Shown: positions 26,280 through 39,949 of the stretch, piece by piece
Numbering within the stretch: position 1 is the first letter of the stretch
Layout: each line of letters starts with the position of its first letter
NCBI RefSeq assembly: GCF_036321535.1
Contig: NC_087436.1
Location: 92,878,001-92,942,000 of the forward strand
DNA from: Camelus dromedarius
Taxonomy: Eukaryota
Length of the DNA: 64,000 nt
Reading direction: 5' to 3'
Notes under the pieces: generated by a model
The model's database searches: none
What the model was told of the DNA's origin: nothing
Seen by the model: the letters and a program-made list of their open reading frames with translations, nothing else
Made by a program: the position numbers and the translations under genes

Positions 26280-26384
26280 TGGCTTCAGACTGCTAGCTTC
26301 CAGAACCAGGAGACTATAAGTTTCTGTTGTTTTAAGCCACGTAGGTTGTAATACTTGGTTACGCTGCCCTGTAAAATAAATACA
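26280..26384 (+). mobile_element. MLT1 LTR 3' fragment
   Basis: TTTCTGTTGTTTTAAGCCAC...AATAAATACA terminus. Confidence 0.7.
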
Positions 26385-27878
26385 GTTGTCTATCCTCTGG
26401 AACTAGGTTGTAATAGACTAGTTAGAGGTACTTCATATTCTTATTTTAAGTTCATATTTATTTTTTCATTTTCAAATAGGCTGAGAAAATGAAAGGTAAT
26501 CAGAATTTACTCTTTATTTTTAAAATTCAGTGCTGGCAAAGTGAGTCACCTCAAGTAAAACCCAAACAAAGCTGAAGGCAATTATGTTGCATTATTTAAT
26601 CCAAGAAAACAAATAAAGCATTTACTGCGTAGTGTGGCTTATTGCCAGAGCCGTTTTTGAGGAAAGAGTTATAAGTACATTAAAAATGACATTTACAGAA
26701 TCAACTATCAAATTATTTGTGGAATACATTAAATATGAAACTTTCATCTCCAACTCCAATATCAAAGAACATTATTAATATTATTTACAATATTAATTAT
26801 GCAAAGCAGGAGGAGGATAGCAGACTTACAAATAAATTGCCAGTTTAGATTGAAACGATTCCCTCTGAGAAGTCTAAGACGTGTCTTTGAAGTACTACCT
26901 GCTTCAAATACAGGAAGGATCTGAGAGATTCATAGTGGTTTCTAGAGCCTTACACTTTGCTCGAATCATTTTTGAAGTTAAAACATTTCTTTATATCCTG
27001 TCACATCGTGAAACAGAACATACCTTCTGCTGACTTTAGGGAGAAATCTAACAATGCCCCAAGTCAGGTTCTTTTGTGTATAAATAACCTCTTTGTTCAT
27101 TGCGGAAAACAGGAAGTCCTAAAGGGACAAGTGATGTGCGGAACAAGCAAGACCTAACTGAAGTATGGCTTGTAGGTTAGCATGCGTTTCCCTGGAAGTG
27201 GAGAGGTGTGGAGACTATAGGGGAATATTTTTACCTCCGGAAAATACTCGCTGATAAGAGTCTGCTGCAAAGGTATGGTCAATATGGATAACAGAAGGTA
27301 CGTAATACACACCTCCTCTCTCTCCACAGAGTCTAAGGGAGTATGAGCTGCTTTTCTGCTAAACAGGTTTGATCTAGCACCTACTACATGCTGGCGGTAC
27401 GTGCAATTGAAGGCCCTATTTTCAGGGAGCAAGCATTTTAGTAGAAGAGACCAAAAAAAGTTATATTGTTCTATGATATGTTCTCTCAAGTTGCTTGAAG
27501 TCTTAACTTTTGTAACTGAAATTATGAATTGTGTCATATGAGGAAGTACATTTGATAGTTTCATTAAATTTGTAAATTTAAGGCCATATTTTAAAGTCTG
27601 TCTCTTCTGGGGTCCTTCTGGCAATAATGGGGGTGGTATTTCCTGCTAATGCAGTTCAGTTGGTGGCTTAACTTAAATAGCCATGGCTGTTCTTGAGAAT
27701 TCTTTTTTGTCACACAGAAACTCTTTCCACCTGCAGCAAATGTAAACACCTGCTTTTGGTTCTGGGCCTCTCTTGTTCACACCATCCCACACCATCCCAC
27801 TGATGTAGAGTATATAACTTTTGGAGTCCAAAAAAGTACTACATGAATACAGGTTGAACAATCTATTTTCCCATAACA

Positions 27879-28598
27879 ATGTAATTTAGTGCAGCCACTA
27901 TGAAAAGCAGGATGGAGATTCCTTAAAAAACTAAGAATAACTTACCCTATGATCCAGCAATCCCATTCCTGGGCATATATCCAGAGAAAACTCCAATTTG
28001 AAAAGGTACATGTACCCCAATGTTCACAACAGCACTATTTACAATAGCCAAGACATGGAAGCAACCTAAATGTCCATCGACAGATGATTGGATGAAGAAG
28101 TTGTCATATATATATACATATATATGTATATATACACACACACAATGGAATACTACTCAGCGATGAAAAAGAATGAAATAATGCCATTTGCAGCAACATG
28201 GATGGGCCTAGAGGTGATCATACTAAGTGAAGTCAGACACAGAAAGGCAAATATAATATCACTTATATGTGGAATCTAAAAAATAAATGAGACAAATGAA
28301 CTTATTAACAAAACAGAAATAGACTCACAGACACAGAAAACAAACTTATAGTTAATAAAGGGGAAAGGTGGGGGGAGAAATAAATTAGGAATTTGGGATT
28401 AGCAGATACCAATTACTATATATAAAATAGATAAACAAGGTCCTACTGTATAGCACAGGGAACTATATTCAATATGTTATAATAACCTATAATGAAAAAG
28501 AATATGCATATATATGTATAACTGAATCACTATGCTGTACACCAGAAATGAATATAACATTGTAAGTCAACTAGACTTCAATTAAAACAAATAAATGA
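27879..28598 (+). mobile_element. 5'-truncated LINE-1 (ORF2 end + 3' UTR)
   Basis: Typical L1 3' sequence (GATCCAGCAATCCCA..., GGAAGCAACCTAAATGTCCATC, GAAATAATGCCATTTGCAGCAACATGGATG) with A-rich tail. Degenerate TSD at 27860-27878 and 28599-28616. Confidence 0.93.
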
Positions 28599-30589
28599 AA
28601 TCAATTTTCCGTAACAGAATGAGTCTGGGCCTTTTGTCTAGCTCTTACAGTTCTATGAAAGGCCGACTGGGAGAAAACACCTTGGATTTGAGTCATTTCC
28701 CACAAAGATACCATTTTTCTCACATTTCTTCTCACATCTATTCTGATTGGCTCCCAAACTTCAGTCCTAGCTCCCCACAATCTACAGAATAATGTCCCAA
28801 CCTAATTGTCAAATGATTCAGGAAATCAAGACAACTACTGAATTTTCAAGTATCCATGCAAGACCATTTGGTCTTTATACATAGGGAAGGGCTCAGTTCT
28901 GATGTTCTTGCAGGCATGCCCCTTGTCCGCCAACATGCTGAATGTGTCAAGAGCCTTAGTTGCAAGCAAGAGGAATCAAATCTGGCTGTTTAAAGAGAAA
29001 AGAAATTCATTGAAGGCTAGTGAACAGTTCACCTGAAGAACCAGGCTTGGAGACTACGCAGCTGGACCACGCTCCAGAATTGGTCCCAAGGAGCCATCCC
29101 TGCCGCCACCCTGGGCCCAGATGCCACAGCTTCAACCACCGCCACACCCCGTGCACAACATGGGACACTAGGGCTGAAACCACGGATGCTGACAGCTCTT
29201 CATGCCGTGTGTCTGCCACTGCCTCTGCCCCTCTCCTCTGCTGCGTTCTCCTCAGTCTTCATCTTTCTGTGCTTTTTTCCGACATGGACGCCATCGCAGG
29301 CCTGGCCTGAGCTGCAAGGGAAGCTGGGAAAGTGAGTGATGGGTGTTTTCAGATTCCAGGGTAGGCTCCGCCTCAAAAGGTATGGGAGGCCCCTGGCCCA
29401 GGAGGGGTGTTCGCTATGCAGTGGTAAAATCTCCGTCACTGGCTGAACGGAAGTCCCCAGGCCCCCGTGCACAAGCACGTGCGCCAGGAATAGGTTTGAG
29501 ACTCTCTTCACCATGCAACCTGGCGCAACGAGCCAGCCCGGAGGAAAGGGTGACTCTTCCCACGGCTCCCCTCACGGGCCCTGCGAGCCCCTCAACACAA
29601 CGTGTGACTTCAGAGGGAACCTAGAGGTGTCCTGTCCTTCGCCTTGACCCCAGCTGTGCTCACTGCCGGGAGGGCCCTCTGCCCCTTAGCCGTCACCTGC
29701 ATGACCCACGTGGTCAGACTCACATGCCACTTCCTCCAGGAAGCCTAGAAATTAATTTGCAAAGGACCTGATTCCCTCCTGGGAATCACTACTCTTTGGG
29801 CTGTTTTTGCTCCCACAGGACTCTGCTCTGATCTCCAGGACACGGATCCACCTTGCAGTGTTCCAGTTGTAAACACACCCAGTGTTGGCTGGAAACTCCA
29901 GAACCTCCTCTGAGGAGGAATTAGTGCAGGGGTTGAGGGGGCTTGGAGGCTGGCGCTGTCTGCCGCACCCTTTACACGAGCCTGAGACCTTGTCAGTTTC
30001 ACCATGAAGATGGGGTTTTGTGGGAGCTCAGTGTGCCCCTTTTCCCCAGTGATCACCCCCAGTTCTGCCACCTTTTTCTGCTGTAGGGGTTCAGCATCCA
30101 GCTCTGGGTGGCCAGCCCTCTGTCCCTCCTGGCTGTGCGGTATTTAGTGGGTGACTTCTCACACACTATGCGGGTTGTTGTGGAGACTCACTAGGTTAAT
30201 ACTCAGGAGGTGCTGCTTACAGGGCCTGGCACTCTCCGCCCACCGTCTTCTGGAGGGCCTTGCCTCTAGGAGAGGCTGGTCAAGTCTGTTGAAGTGAGGT
30301 TTGGCATCTGGAGGGATCTGGGGGAAGGCACACTGTGCTAAAATCCTGTCACAGCAATGACAGTCCCGGGGAAACCCGCGTCCTGGGGCTGCCTTGGGCT
30401 TCAGGGGCAAAAAGGTTGGGGGGTGGAGTTCAGACTGACTGTGCAATTATGACAAATAGGTGATCTTGGAAGGAAAAAATGGTGTCTACCTAGTCCATAG
30501 AACTTCTTTGATTATTGTGATGAGATATTGCCTGCAGCATGCTTTGTTTTGCTGCCGAGAAACCCATACTCACCAGTTCTTTTTTTGTA

Positions 30590-30806
30590 ACCTTTTAAAA
30601 ATTAAAAAAAAATTTAAATTGAAGTATAGTCAGTTTACAATGCTGTGTTAATTTCTAGTGTACAGCATAATGTTTCAGTCATACACATACATATATATAT
30701 TCCTTTTCATATTCTTTCTCATTACAGGTTACTATAAAATATTGAGTATAGTTCTCTGTGCTATACAGAAGAACCTTGTTTATCTATTTTATATGTAGTA
30801 GTTAGC
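30590..30806 (-). mobile_element. Short L1 3'-terminal fragment
   Basis: ATTGAAGTATAGTCAGTTTACAAT...TGTGCTATACAG, reverse complement of the L1 tail. Confidence 0.8.
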
Positions 30807-30859
30807 ATCCTCACCCATTTATTCCTTTCTGAAAATGGCCATTTTTCACCGTGTATACC

Positions 30860-31005
30860 TTTCACGTGCAGAGGAATCACCCAGGATCTTGGTCAAATGG
30901 AGATTCTGATTCAATAGGTGTGGATGCGGCATGAGATTCTGCGTTTCTAATAAACCCCCAGCTGTTGCTGATGCTGTTGGTCCACAGATCTTCTTTCAGT
31001 AGAAA
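30860..31005. mobile_element. MER5A-like hAT MITE
   Basis: GAATCACCCAGG...GATTCTGATTCAATAGG...TGCTGATGCTGTTGGTCCACAGA. Confidence 0.75.
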
Positions 31006-34000
31006 GAATACACAACACATGGGTGAAGAGGGAAAAAATGCATCCAACTTTTCCTTCAATATTGCAACGCGAACATGTGCCCAGGCCTAGGAAAGCCCAT
31101 TCTAACTTGACTGTTTCAAGGTTTGTGTGGCTGTGGTAGGGCTTCTGGACAATGTATTTCCTTAGCCTCCCTCCACCAGGTGACAGTGGAGTGGCCGTTT
31201 ATTTCTATGTAGAAAGGAAATAATAATTATTGCTCCAAACCTGGAGACAAATTAATCACAACAAGATGAGTAAAAGCACTGGGACAGATGGGGACTACCT
31301 TAAGGTTCAGAGTAGGATTATTAGAAGTGAATAAAAGGGCTGAGTCGAGTCCACCATAGATGACTGCATCAGAATCATCAGGGAGGCTTACTCAGTGATG
31401 GCTCCTGGGTTCCACCCCAGACTTGACGAACCGCAATCTTTGCAGGGGGCATGTGAATCTGAATCTTTAAAAGGAAGCACTTATCCAAGCAACTGTTACT
31501 CACGTTAAGAATTCAAGGAGCATGAGTTTAGAGCCTTTGAGGTCTCTAATAAGACTTTGTATCATTTGCTGATCTCACAATACATTGAATTGATAATAGT
31601 GTGATTGGTGGTAGCCCTGATCCTTCTCTTGCCCTAAAATATTCTGTGATTTCAACATGGGTCTCTTACCTAAATCTTGAAGGAATCTTTGGGTTCATGT
31701 AAATATGCTTAGAATCCACTGACGATCTGGTCTTATTCTTAATGGGGTTTTTAAAATTGATATTCAGTAAATATGACTAGTACATATATAATATATCCAG
31801 GTCAATGTTATTTCCACCATTTTTACACATAATAGAGTATTGAGTATTTTCTGCCTCAATACAGCAAATATTTAGTCAACTAGGTGAAGAAAATTTCTAC
31901 CAAAACCTACAGTGATTTACTTGGAAATATTTTCTTCCCCAAAGCCATGGAAAAATGAGAGCAACTAACAGAGAAAGGAAAATAAATTCATGATAGCACT
32001 AGAATGAATACCACTAAGTGACTGTTAGGGGAGAACCACAGCCATCTGGGGGTCTTTTACAGGCTGGATGAGGTGATAGTCTCTCCAGCACCCACATCAC
32101 TGAGCTACAATTGTATGTATAATTGTGTGGTATCTTAAAGGCGTTTCTGTGTCGTTTTTTTAAATCAGAGAACGGCAGAAGTTTACCAGAACCGAAAATA
32201 CTTTTCTTCACATTGTTAAGAGGACTTTCATGCTTTTCACCCATTCTTCAGAAAATGAAAAGCTAATGCCATGTAATCACAATTTCCTGGGATTCTGAAA
32301 AACCCTTAAAGAGGCACATTGATGCTCTCTGAATGGAAACACTGTAGCACGTTTTGGATTGGCTCTGCTGCGGGGGTCCTTGACACTCACATGCTCAAAT
32401 CAGAGTTTTCAAAGGTTTCTTTTGTGTCCAAAACACCCAGACAGTCTGATTTCAACCATGCATGTGCTTCTGGGTGAATGCAGATGGTATTTTTTTTTAA
32501 GGGGGAAGAAAAAGGAAACTTAATTAAAGCCAATATTAATTATAGCAAAACTTCAGGCTTGACATTATAAGAATTTCATTTTTGTGTGTGTGTAAAAATA
32601 TGTTTCAAAGTTGTATTGAAAACTGAACTGTTTTCTCTTCCTAGATTAACTAAAAAATCCACCAAATACCATATTAAAAGAGTTTTATTAGAAACAAGGA
32701 CAAGCAGAAAGTTTTCTGGCCCCACTAATATTTAATTTGAAGACAAAGTAACATGCCTGTGTTACTATGTATATCAGACTGTATTTTGAAACCACGTTTT
32801 TCTTCTTAGGCCACTGAGATAACCTCCTTCTCCTGTATCTTCAAACACATCTGTGAAGTATGTGATTGTATATAGAGCCCTGAAGCAGTTTCCAAGAGCC
32901 TGATTGATTCCTAGGAAAACAGCTGTAGAAACACAGAATTGGTCTGTGGCATACTCCCAGATGTGTGTAATGGCCAGTATCATTTATGAATGCTTATTGC
33001 CACTGAGTGGTGTACAGGGACACCCACCCAGCGTCAGACACAAAGCGATCCAACAGTGTGGCACAGGATGTATCGAGTCCATGCTTCCGGGTAATGGGAG
33101 ATGTTTTTGGTTCTTGCAATAGGAAGTGGTCCTTGCTACCAAAAGGGACCTTAAGATCCTCTGAAGATCAAGGCTATGAAGCAGTCAGGTGGGAGAGACA
33201 GAGAGTGTAGCCCCAGCATGCCATGCTCTGGGTGGGTAAGCAAGTCCATAAGAGCCTGAAACCAGAGCAAATATTTCAACAGGAATAACGTGGGTCACCC
33301 AGGAGAGGAGTGCTTCAGGACTAGGCATGCTCCACAGCCATCCTTGAGAGGGTGGACCCACAGGATAGCAGAATTTGTTGTATAGATCTCATTCTGGAGC
33401 TCAGTAATTTTCTATAAATTTTTTTGTGACCTTCTTAAAGCCTGGTGTCAACGATCCCCTTTAAGGTGGTGTGTGTAGAAATGTGGACCTGATTCATCTG
33501 ACTTAAATAAGAGAAATTGCCTTGAGAGGGTGAACTCTCCCTTACCAAACTGGGTCAGGCCTGCTTTGGTCTGGATGTGCTGTGTATGATTCTAGTATGA
33601 AGAATCTAATACATTATCTTAAATGAGACAGTCAAGTAACCAGCGTTTGGTTACACAGGCTCCATCATGGTTTTGTGAAAAAGAAATGAAGACAAATAAG
33701 CTGAGAGCTGCAATTTTGGGGAAAAGACTTTGAATAATCTAAGTTCATTGATAACGACTTTTATTGCACCCCTTGATATGTACAGCGCTTGGACAGGTGT
33801 CACAGTGGTAAGGGCAGTGGAAAGTACAGGAGGGGGAAAGGGGAGGGGTCCGCTGTAGGTTAATTTTAACCTTCTACAACGTCCACACTGGCAGCACATA
33901 TGATAAGCAGCACTGCTCAGGAGACCCTGTGGCGCCCTGCAGTGTGCTGTCTCCTACACAAGGCCGTTTAGCATCGGGTTAACAGCACGCTCTCTCTGGA

Positions 34001-34550
34001 GCCTGGTTGCCAGGGTTTAAATTCCAGCTCCGTCACTTCCTTGCCGTGTGGCAGTTCTCAGTTTCTTCACTTGCACAAGAGGGACAGCAGCATAGGAAGA
34101 AAGGGGAAATTAAAGGAATGAAAGTGCCTACAGCACTCAGTATAACTTACGTAGTGTTAGCTATTATCATCAAGTACTACTGAAATTGACATTTAGCAGT
34201 CCACGTATTCCATTACAGACTGTGTATTAATTTTTTCGCAAATGATAAATCTATGTCAGCTGTATCAGTGGCTGTGAGATAACCTACTAATGAGAATTCG
34301 CAACTCCCCAATCACTCCAGGAGAATGGAAATTTACTGTACGAAGATTAAGAAAGACCCTGTAGTGGTACTTGAGAATGTTTTCAGAAGGTCTAGAGAAG
34401 TCTTAAAGTTCTGTATTTTATTGAATTTGACATATTAAGGATTCAATTCTTACTGTTCATGTGAATATAATTCATACTAACTGAAGGAAAATAATTCAAT
34501 TTCCTGAAACAGCAAAAACACTAGACTTCATGTGAGATGACAGTTCCTGT

Positions 34551-34565
34551 CCACCAGGGGGCAGT
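34551..34565 (+). promoter_or_regulatory. CTCF core motif
   Basis: CCACCAGGGGGCAGT matches the consensus. Confidence 0.7.
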
Positions 34566-34853
34566 CCACTCATTAAAACCAAGGACAGAAATAACAGGAA
34601 TAACTAAAATCCGTAATTAAACACACACACACACACATTTTAAATTAGTTTCAAGAAACCTTTTACTAGACTTACAACCACATAGCAGAATTTGTCCTTG
34701 TTCTTACCCTCTGGTAGATGGACGATTAAGAGCCAGAGAGAGTAGGTACTAATCTCCACTCCAGTCTCAAAGCTGGGCAGGTAAGGGAGCAGCTGGGCAT
34801 ACCCTATGAAGTGAAGTGGACCAAAGCAAAGTTCACCACAGAGAACGTGATTT

Positions 34854-35033
34854 TTATTTTATTTTATTTTTAAAAATTGAAGTATAGTCAGTTTATAATG
34901 TGTCAATTTCTGGTGTTTCAGTCATACATACACATACATATTTTTATATTCTTTTTCACTACAGGTTATTGAATATAGTTTCCCATGTAGAAACTAATTG
35001 TTCATATATTTTATATATAGTAGTTAGTATCTC
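34854..35033 (-). mobile_element. Short L1 3'-terminal fragment
   Basis: Same L1 tail. TSD AGAAC[G/A]TGATTT at 34842-34853 and 35034-35045. Confidence 0.8.
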
Positions 35034-37222
35034 AGAACATGATTTAAATGCAAGAGAACTAGTGACAATTAGCGGGACAATTAGGCTTCAAGTACATAGT
35101 ACATACATGTTTATCAAAGGGTGTTTTCTGTCTCCTGCCTCCTCTAAAATGTGGTGAGAAAAACAGTAGCTTTCAAAGCAGAACAACTATAAACTTCTCA
35201 GTTAGGAAGCACATCCTTAAATTCAGGATTACAAGTGCACATTTTGGCAGGTGTGAAGGACTTCACATCCAAATGAACGTTCGTATTTCATATGCCCAGA
35301 ATCGACATTTTGTGCCTCACTGCCAGAATATAGAGACACTTAGTGACGAAATGAAACTAAACATTTTGGACTGTGAACTTTCTCTGGATTTTGGTGAAGC
35401 TGATGATGCAAGTCCATGGATCACACTGTGTGTGACAAGGAACTAAGGGACTGCTGGGTTTGAATGTGCAGTATTTTGCAATTAACCAGGAACCAGTTGA
35501 GTGGAAAGATCAATTGTCTCAGTGTTAAAAGAGCCAAATGTAAATTTTAGTGTCTTTACTTTTCAGTTGACAGAGAGTTTTGACAAACTACAAAGGGCTA
35601 ATAATTTAAGGCATAAAGAAATAAAGTCAAATCAGATCTATATGTCTTTCTACCATGTGGGGCATGATCATATCATATATTCATAAAGCTTTCCCAAATA
35701 CAAAGCACCTTTCAGTGCTCTGTCTCCCCACCAGACCTTCCTCAGATGGGATTTTGCAGGAGTCAAGTGAGACAGTCACACAAAGCACTTGGATGTTGAC
35801 TGAGCATTAGAACGAGCACGTAATGGCAGCTGTTGTTATCGTAATGTGATGCTCCCTCACTCCTGAGCACTGGAGCTTGTCATCCCCACATTGCCAGATT
35901 TTGCAAAACTGAGGTTCATGAGAAATAAAGAGACTTATCCTAAGTCACAAAGCTGTGATATTAAAGCCTGGACTTGAGCTCACGTATGTTTTCTCCTTCT
36001 CCAGCACAAGTTCCTAGGCTCTGTTCACAATAAACATGAACAGTATCATAAAGAGGATTTTTTTTCCTTTAACGACTATAACAACTTAAGAGCCCAAGTC
36101 AGATGCCCCAGCATTGGCTCTCCTACCCTTCTGGCCCTGGTCGTGTAGTTTTTCAGACCCCAGTGCTCTGTCAATGCATGAGTATAGAGCAGAAGTTCTC
36201 CCCCAGGCCCCAGCTTTATTTAACTATACGTAACTGATGTATAACATGTCAGTTGTGTAAGTTTAAGGTGTGAGCACAGTTCCTTAATCTGTGATACACA
36301 CAAGAATGCCCTAGTGAGTTGTGAAAAGTACTGAAGCTCAGACTCCAAACCAGTATAATTAAATCAGAACATCGCGTAAGAGATTTCTTGCTCTTCTACA
36401 CCAACCACAGTGAGAATGCATGAAGCTGGAGTTCAAGGTCAGTTCCTCCATCTCCAAATTCAGTGCTCTCTCTGCTGCCGTATGTAAACACTAGCAGTCT
36501 CAAGAAATGAGCCCACAGTGACGCCTGGGCACCAGTCACCAAAAAAAAACTAGACTTTAAAGTAAAAGATGCAAGATGGTCAAAGTTGGGGGTTGCCGGG
36601 AAAATGTGAAGAGTTTAGGAGACAAGTTACATAGAAGTCGAACTAGAGAGAATGAATAAATGTGGATGTACCGGCTCACTTTTCCAGACATGGAGGAAGT
36701 GTGCCCACCTGGAGGTCCTCCTAGACTGAACACAAAAAGAACTGGCCCAAAGAGCACTGCTTGACTGCACTGCATCTGTGGGAGCTGAAAGCTCTCAGAT
36801 GAAGCTTCCTTGATGATAATTACTGCTGGACAGAGATGTGTGCTCTGAGGCTGAGAATGGTTTGGGTAAAATTTTTGTACTTAATAAAGGTGTAGTATAA
36901 AACAGGGAATAAGCCTAAATTAGAATGTCTAATAGAGTCCATTACTAAGGTATTTTACTAGTCAAGCTAATGGATATCCCCTAGCTCCAAATTCACCTAC
37001 CAGAAAATGACATGTCATAATGTTAAGTTATCCTGAGAAGTGGGGATCAGATTCTCTAATCGGCAAACGTGGAGGTCCCTTTTCATCACCTTCCAGTGAC
37101 TGTTCACCGAGCCCTCTCCTTACCCCTGAAGTCCAAATGCAACAGGTGCTGCATCTCATGGGCTATGGGATCAGAACCACCGGCAAGAGATTGGGGTTGG
37201 AAGCTCAGGTCAGAACTGCTGT

Positions 37223-37420
37223 GGGGGAAGTTATAGCTCAGTGGTAGAGCACGTGCTTAACATGCATGAGGTCCCAGGTTTAATCCCCAGTACCTCCGTT
37301 AAAAATAAACAAAAACCTAATTACCTTCCCCACAAACAAAATTTTTTTTTAATGAAAAAATGTTAAATGTGAAATTGTAAAAAAAAAAAAAAATCAACAA
37401 ACAAACAACCAACCAAAAAA
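37223..37420 (+). mobile_element. tRNA-derived SINE (Vic-1-like)
   Basis: TATAGCTCAGTGGTAGAGCACGTGCTTAACATGCATGAGG head, long A-rich tail, TSD AGAACTGC. Confidence 0.88.
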
Positions 37421-37804
37421 AGAACTGCCAAGGCAATTCTGGATATTAAGAGGCAAATATTCTGGACATCCTGGCCTTGAATGTAGGGAGGATTATTGCT
37501 TCTTCCAGGGCTGAATCCAAGTAGAATCCCCTTCCCCAATATAATTTCTCCCCCAGATTTGATAGCAAGTTCTGGAAATATGTCTCAAGCAGGTGAAGTG
37601 CAAGTTATGTCCCTATTTGAATATATTCTTTCTTCCCTTTGCAAATCCCCAACAAGAAAACTCTACTCTATAAATTCATAGATATATTTTCTTGAACTTT
37701 GCCTGGCCTGAGATAGGTAAGTCCTTTTTCTGGTTGGTGTCCAGCTCTAGCCCAGCTTCTGCAATGTATAAGTTTCTCTGTCCTGAGTGAACAATTGCCT
37801 TTTA

Positions 37805-37962
37805 AAACAATTTTTATTGAAGTATAATCTATTTACAATATTGTGTCAATTTCTGATGTATAGCATAATGTTTCAGTCATACATATACACACACATATTT
37901 GTTTTCATATTCTTTTTCATTACAGGTACTGCAAGATATTAAATGTAGTTCCCTGTGCTATC
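37805..37962 (-). mobile_element. Short L1 3'-terminal fragment
   Basis: Same L1 tail. Perfect 11-bp TSD ATTGCCTTTTA at 37794-37804 and 37963-37973. Confidence 0.82.
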
Positions 37963-38619
37963 ATTGCCTTTTATGTAGACTGCTACCCTGTATTGAATCA
38001 GCCCTAGAAATTTAAAAAAAAAAAAAAAAAAAGATGTGCATAGCATTCCCACTTTGGGGGATAAAGACCAGAAGAACAAAAGTTGTAGGCAGACAACAAT
38101 AGATGCTGTCAATTAGACTAGGTGGAGCTAAAGCAAGTGAATGCTTTACTGAGGAAGATGGAACATGGTACAGGACAGAAAACGAGGCTGGAGGAACACA
38201 AAGACAATGGGAGTGACACTGATTATGCTGAAGACCTTTAAAAGCACGTGTGCAGTCCGAGCAAGGACACAATGCATGCCCCTGTTTACCCTAGGGTGAC
38301 AGATAACCAGAATTCCAAGGAAAAGCTCATTTTTCAATCTAGTAGGAGTCCACCAAGTACCAGATTGGGCACTCTTTTGGGGCAATTGTAGGGATTTCCT
38401 TCTCTGATAGGATCTCAAGGGGCAAGAAGGAGTCAGTGCCTCTTTTGAATGCCCTGATAGGAGAAAGGAAAAATAGGTGTACCTACAACACACTCTTGTT
38501 CTACAATTTCTACAACAAAAGGCAAGATGGGAAATACTGTTTCGGAGAACACAACTCTCCTCCACTGGCTTCACAGGAGGGGGCTGTTTGTGCGTGCAGC
38601 GAGGGGGCTGAGATACATG

Positions 38620-38820
38620 GCTGGGTAGATCACATCATTTGTCGTGATTTATTAGTTAAGAAATAAAGCATGACGGGTGGGTGTGGTTACCATAGCGTAA
38701 TCACACCCCTAGGGTGAGACTCCACTACACACAACCAAATTCCCCCCAGGGGTGTGATTAGCTCATGAAACCCTGCCTCCTCAAACTGCCAGACTCTTTA
38801 CTGTCATTTATTTATTAAAA
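38620..38820. repeat. Hairpin-containing ancient element (MER121-like)
   Basis: 17-bp inverted repeat, 16/17 match (38698-38714 and 38744-38760). Family assignment is from memory only. Confidence 0.5.
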
Positions 38821-39949
38821 AAGAGTAGGCCAGTCAGTCAAATCCTTTCTGTGGAGGGTGGCTGTCGCTGGGGCTCTTCGTCCTGAAAAACAAGACAAAC
38901 AGATTCACCCCCACCACCCCCACACCCCAACTGAAGGGTCTGTTCCCTGCTACTAAATACTGCTTCCTGTTGAGTTTTGAAGTTAAGCTCATGGAAACCA
39001 AATAGCACCCAAGCCACCTCACCAGTCCTTGTGTACTTTTGTGCTCAGATCCAGTAACCATTAGGAAGGGCCAATAGGAAACTAGAATGTTTTATTGATT
39101 TCATCATCTCTTACTTGCATGTATTATGTAGCCTTAGGGAGGGGCAAACTGATAAAACCTTTCAGGCCTGGTTTTTGTTTGTTTTTGTATTTGTGTTTAT
39201 TTACAAAGCCAACTGGAAGGATTTAACAAATGATGAACTACAATGAGACTGGATACACTGAACAAAAAAAGGCCCTTGGTTCAAACCTATCACTCATTCA
39301 ATAGGGATTGCCATGCTATATAGCAGTGTTGTTTACAAGTACAGGACAGGTGTTTACACTCTTTTAAAATAATTTTTATTGTAAGTAGCTTTGCTTGCCT
39401 CTTTCTGCTATTTGATTTTTAAAATCATTTGTCATCTCAAATAATCTTTTGAGTCTCATTCTGTTTTGTCCCTTTAAGAGATCAACTTTATAAATATCCT
39501 TCTCCTTAATTGCTCTTCATCCTCCACCCCACAGCTGTTTCCTTCAGGTGAGTAAGAGCGCTGTCTTTATTCCTCACCTCCAACTCTTCTAAGAAGCAGA
39601 TCCTAGCCCTAAAGCAACATTCCAAATCAATGGGCCTGTGCACAGTCGAGGAACATCTGCCCTTGAGGACACGTTGGGTTCACCTCTAGGCAAAGAGCAG
39701 GAGCAAGTATTGAATTTTGCTTTGAGCAATACCAGTTGGAAATCACGTGGCTCCGCTCTTCTGTATCCAGCAAACGCCTCAAAGCCCTACTAGGGTTTTC
39801 TTTAAATTAATCGAAGACAACGTGGGAATTTCACTATATACAATATTGAGCCTACTGGATATGTGAGTTTTAAATATTTGGTGCCGCACTGAAGTCTGTG
39901 CAAATAGGATGTCCTGAAAAACTCGGAGAAGGACTATTCTCCTCGGACC

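Noticed and set aside
27154..27624. 156-aa ORF as a gene or pseudogene
   Set aside because: No ATG start, no recognisable homology and no supporting splice structure.
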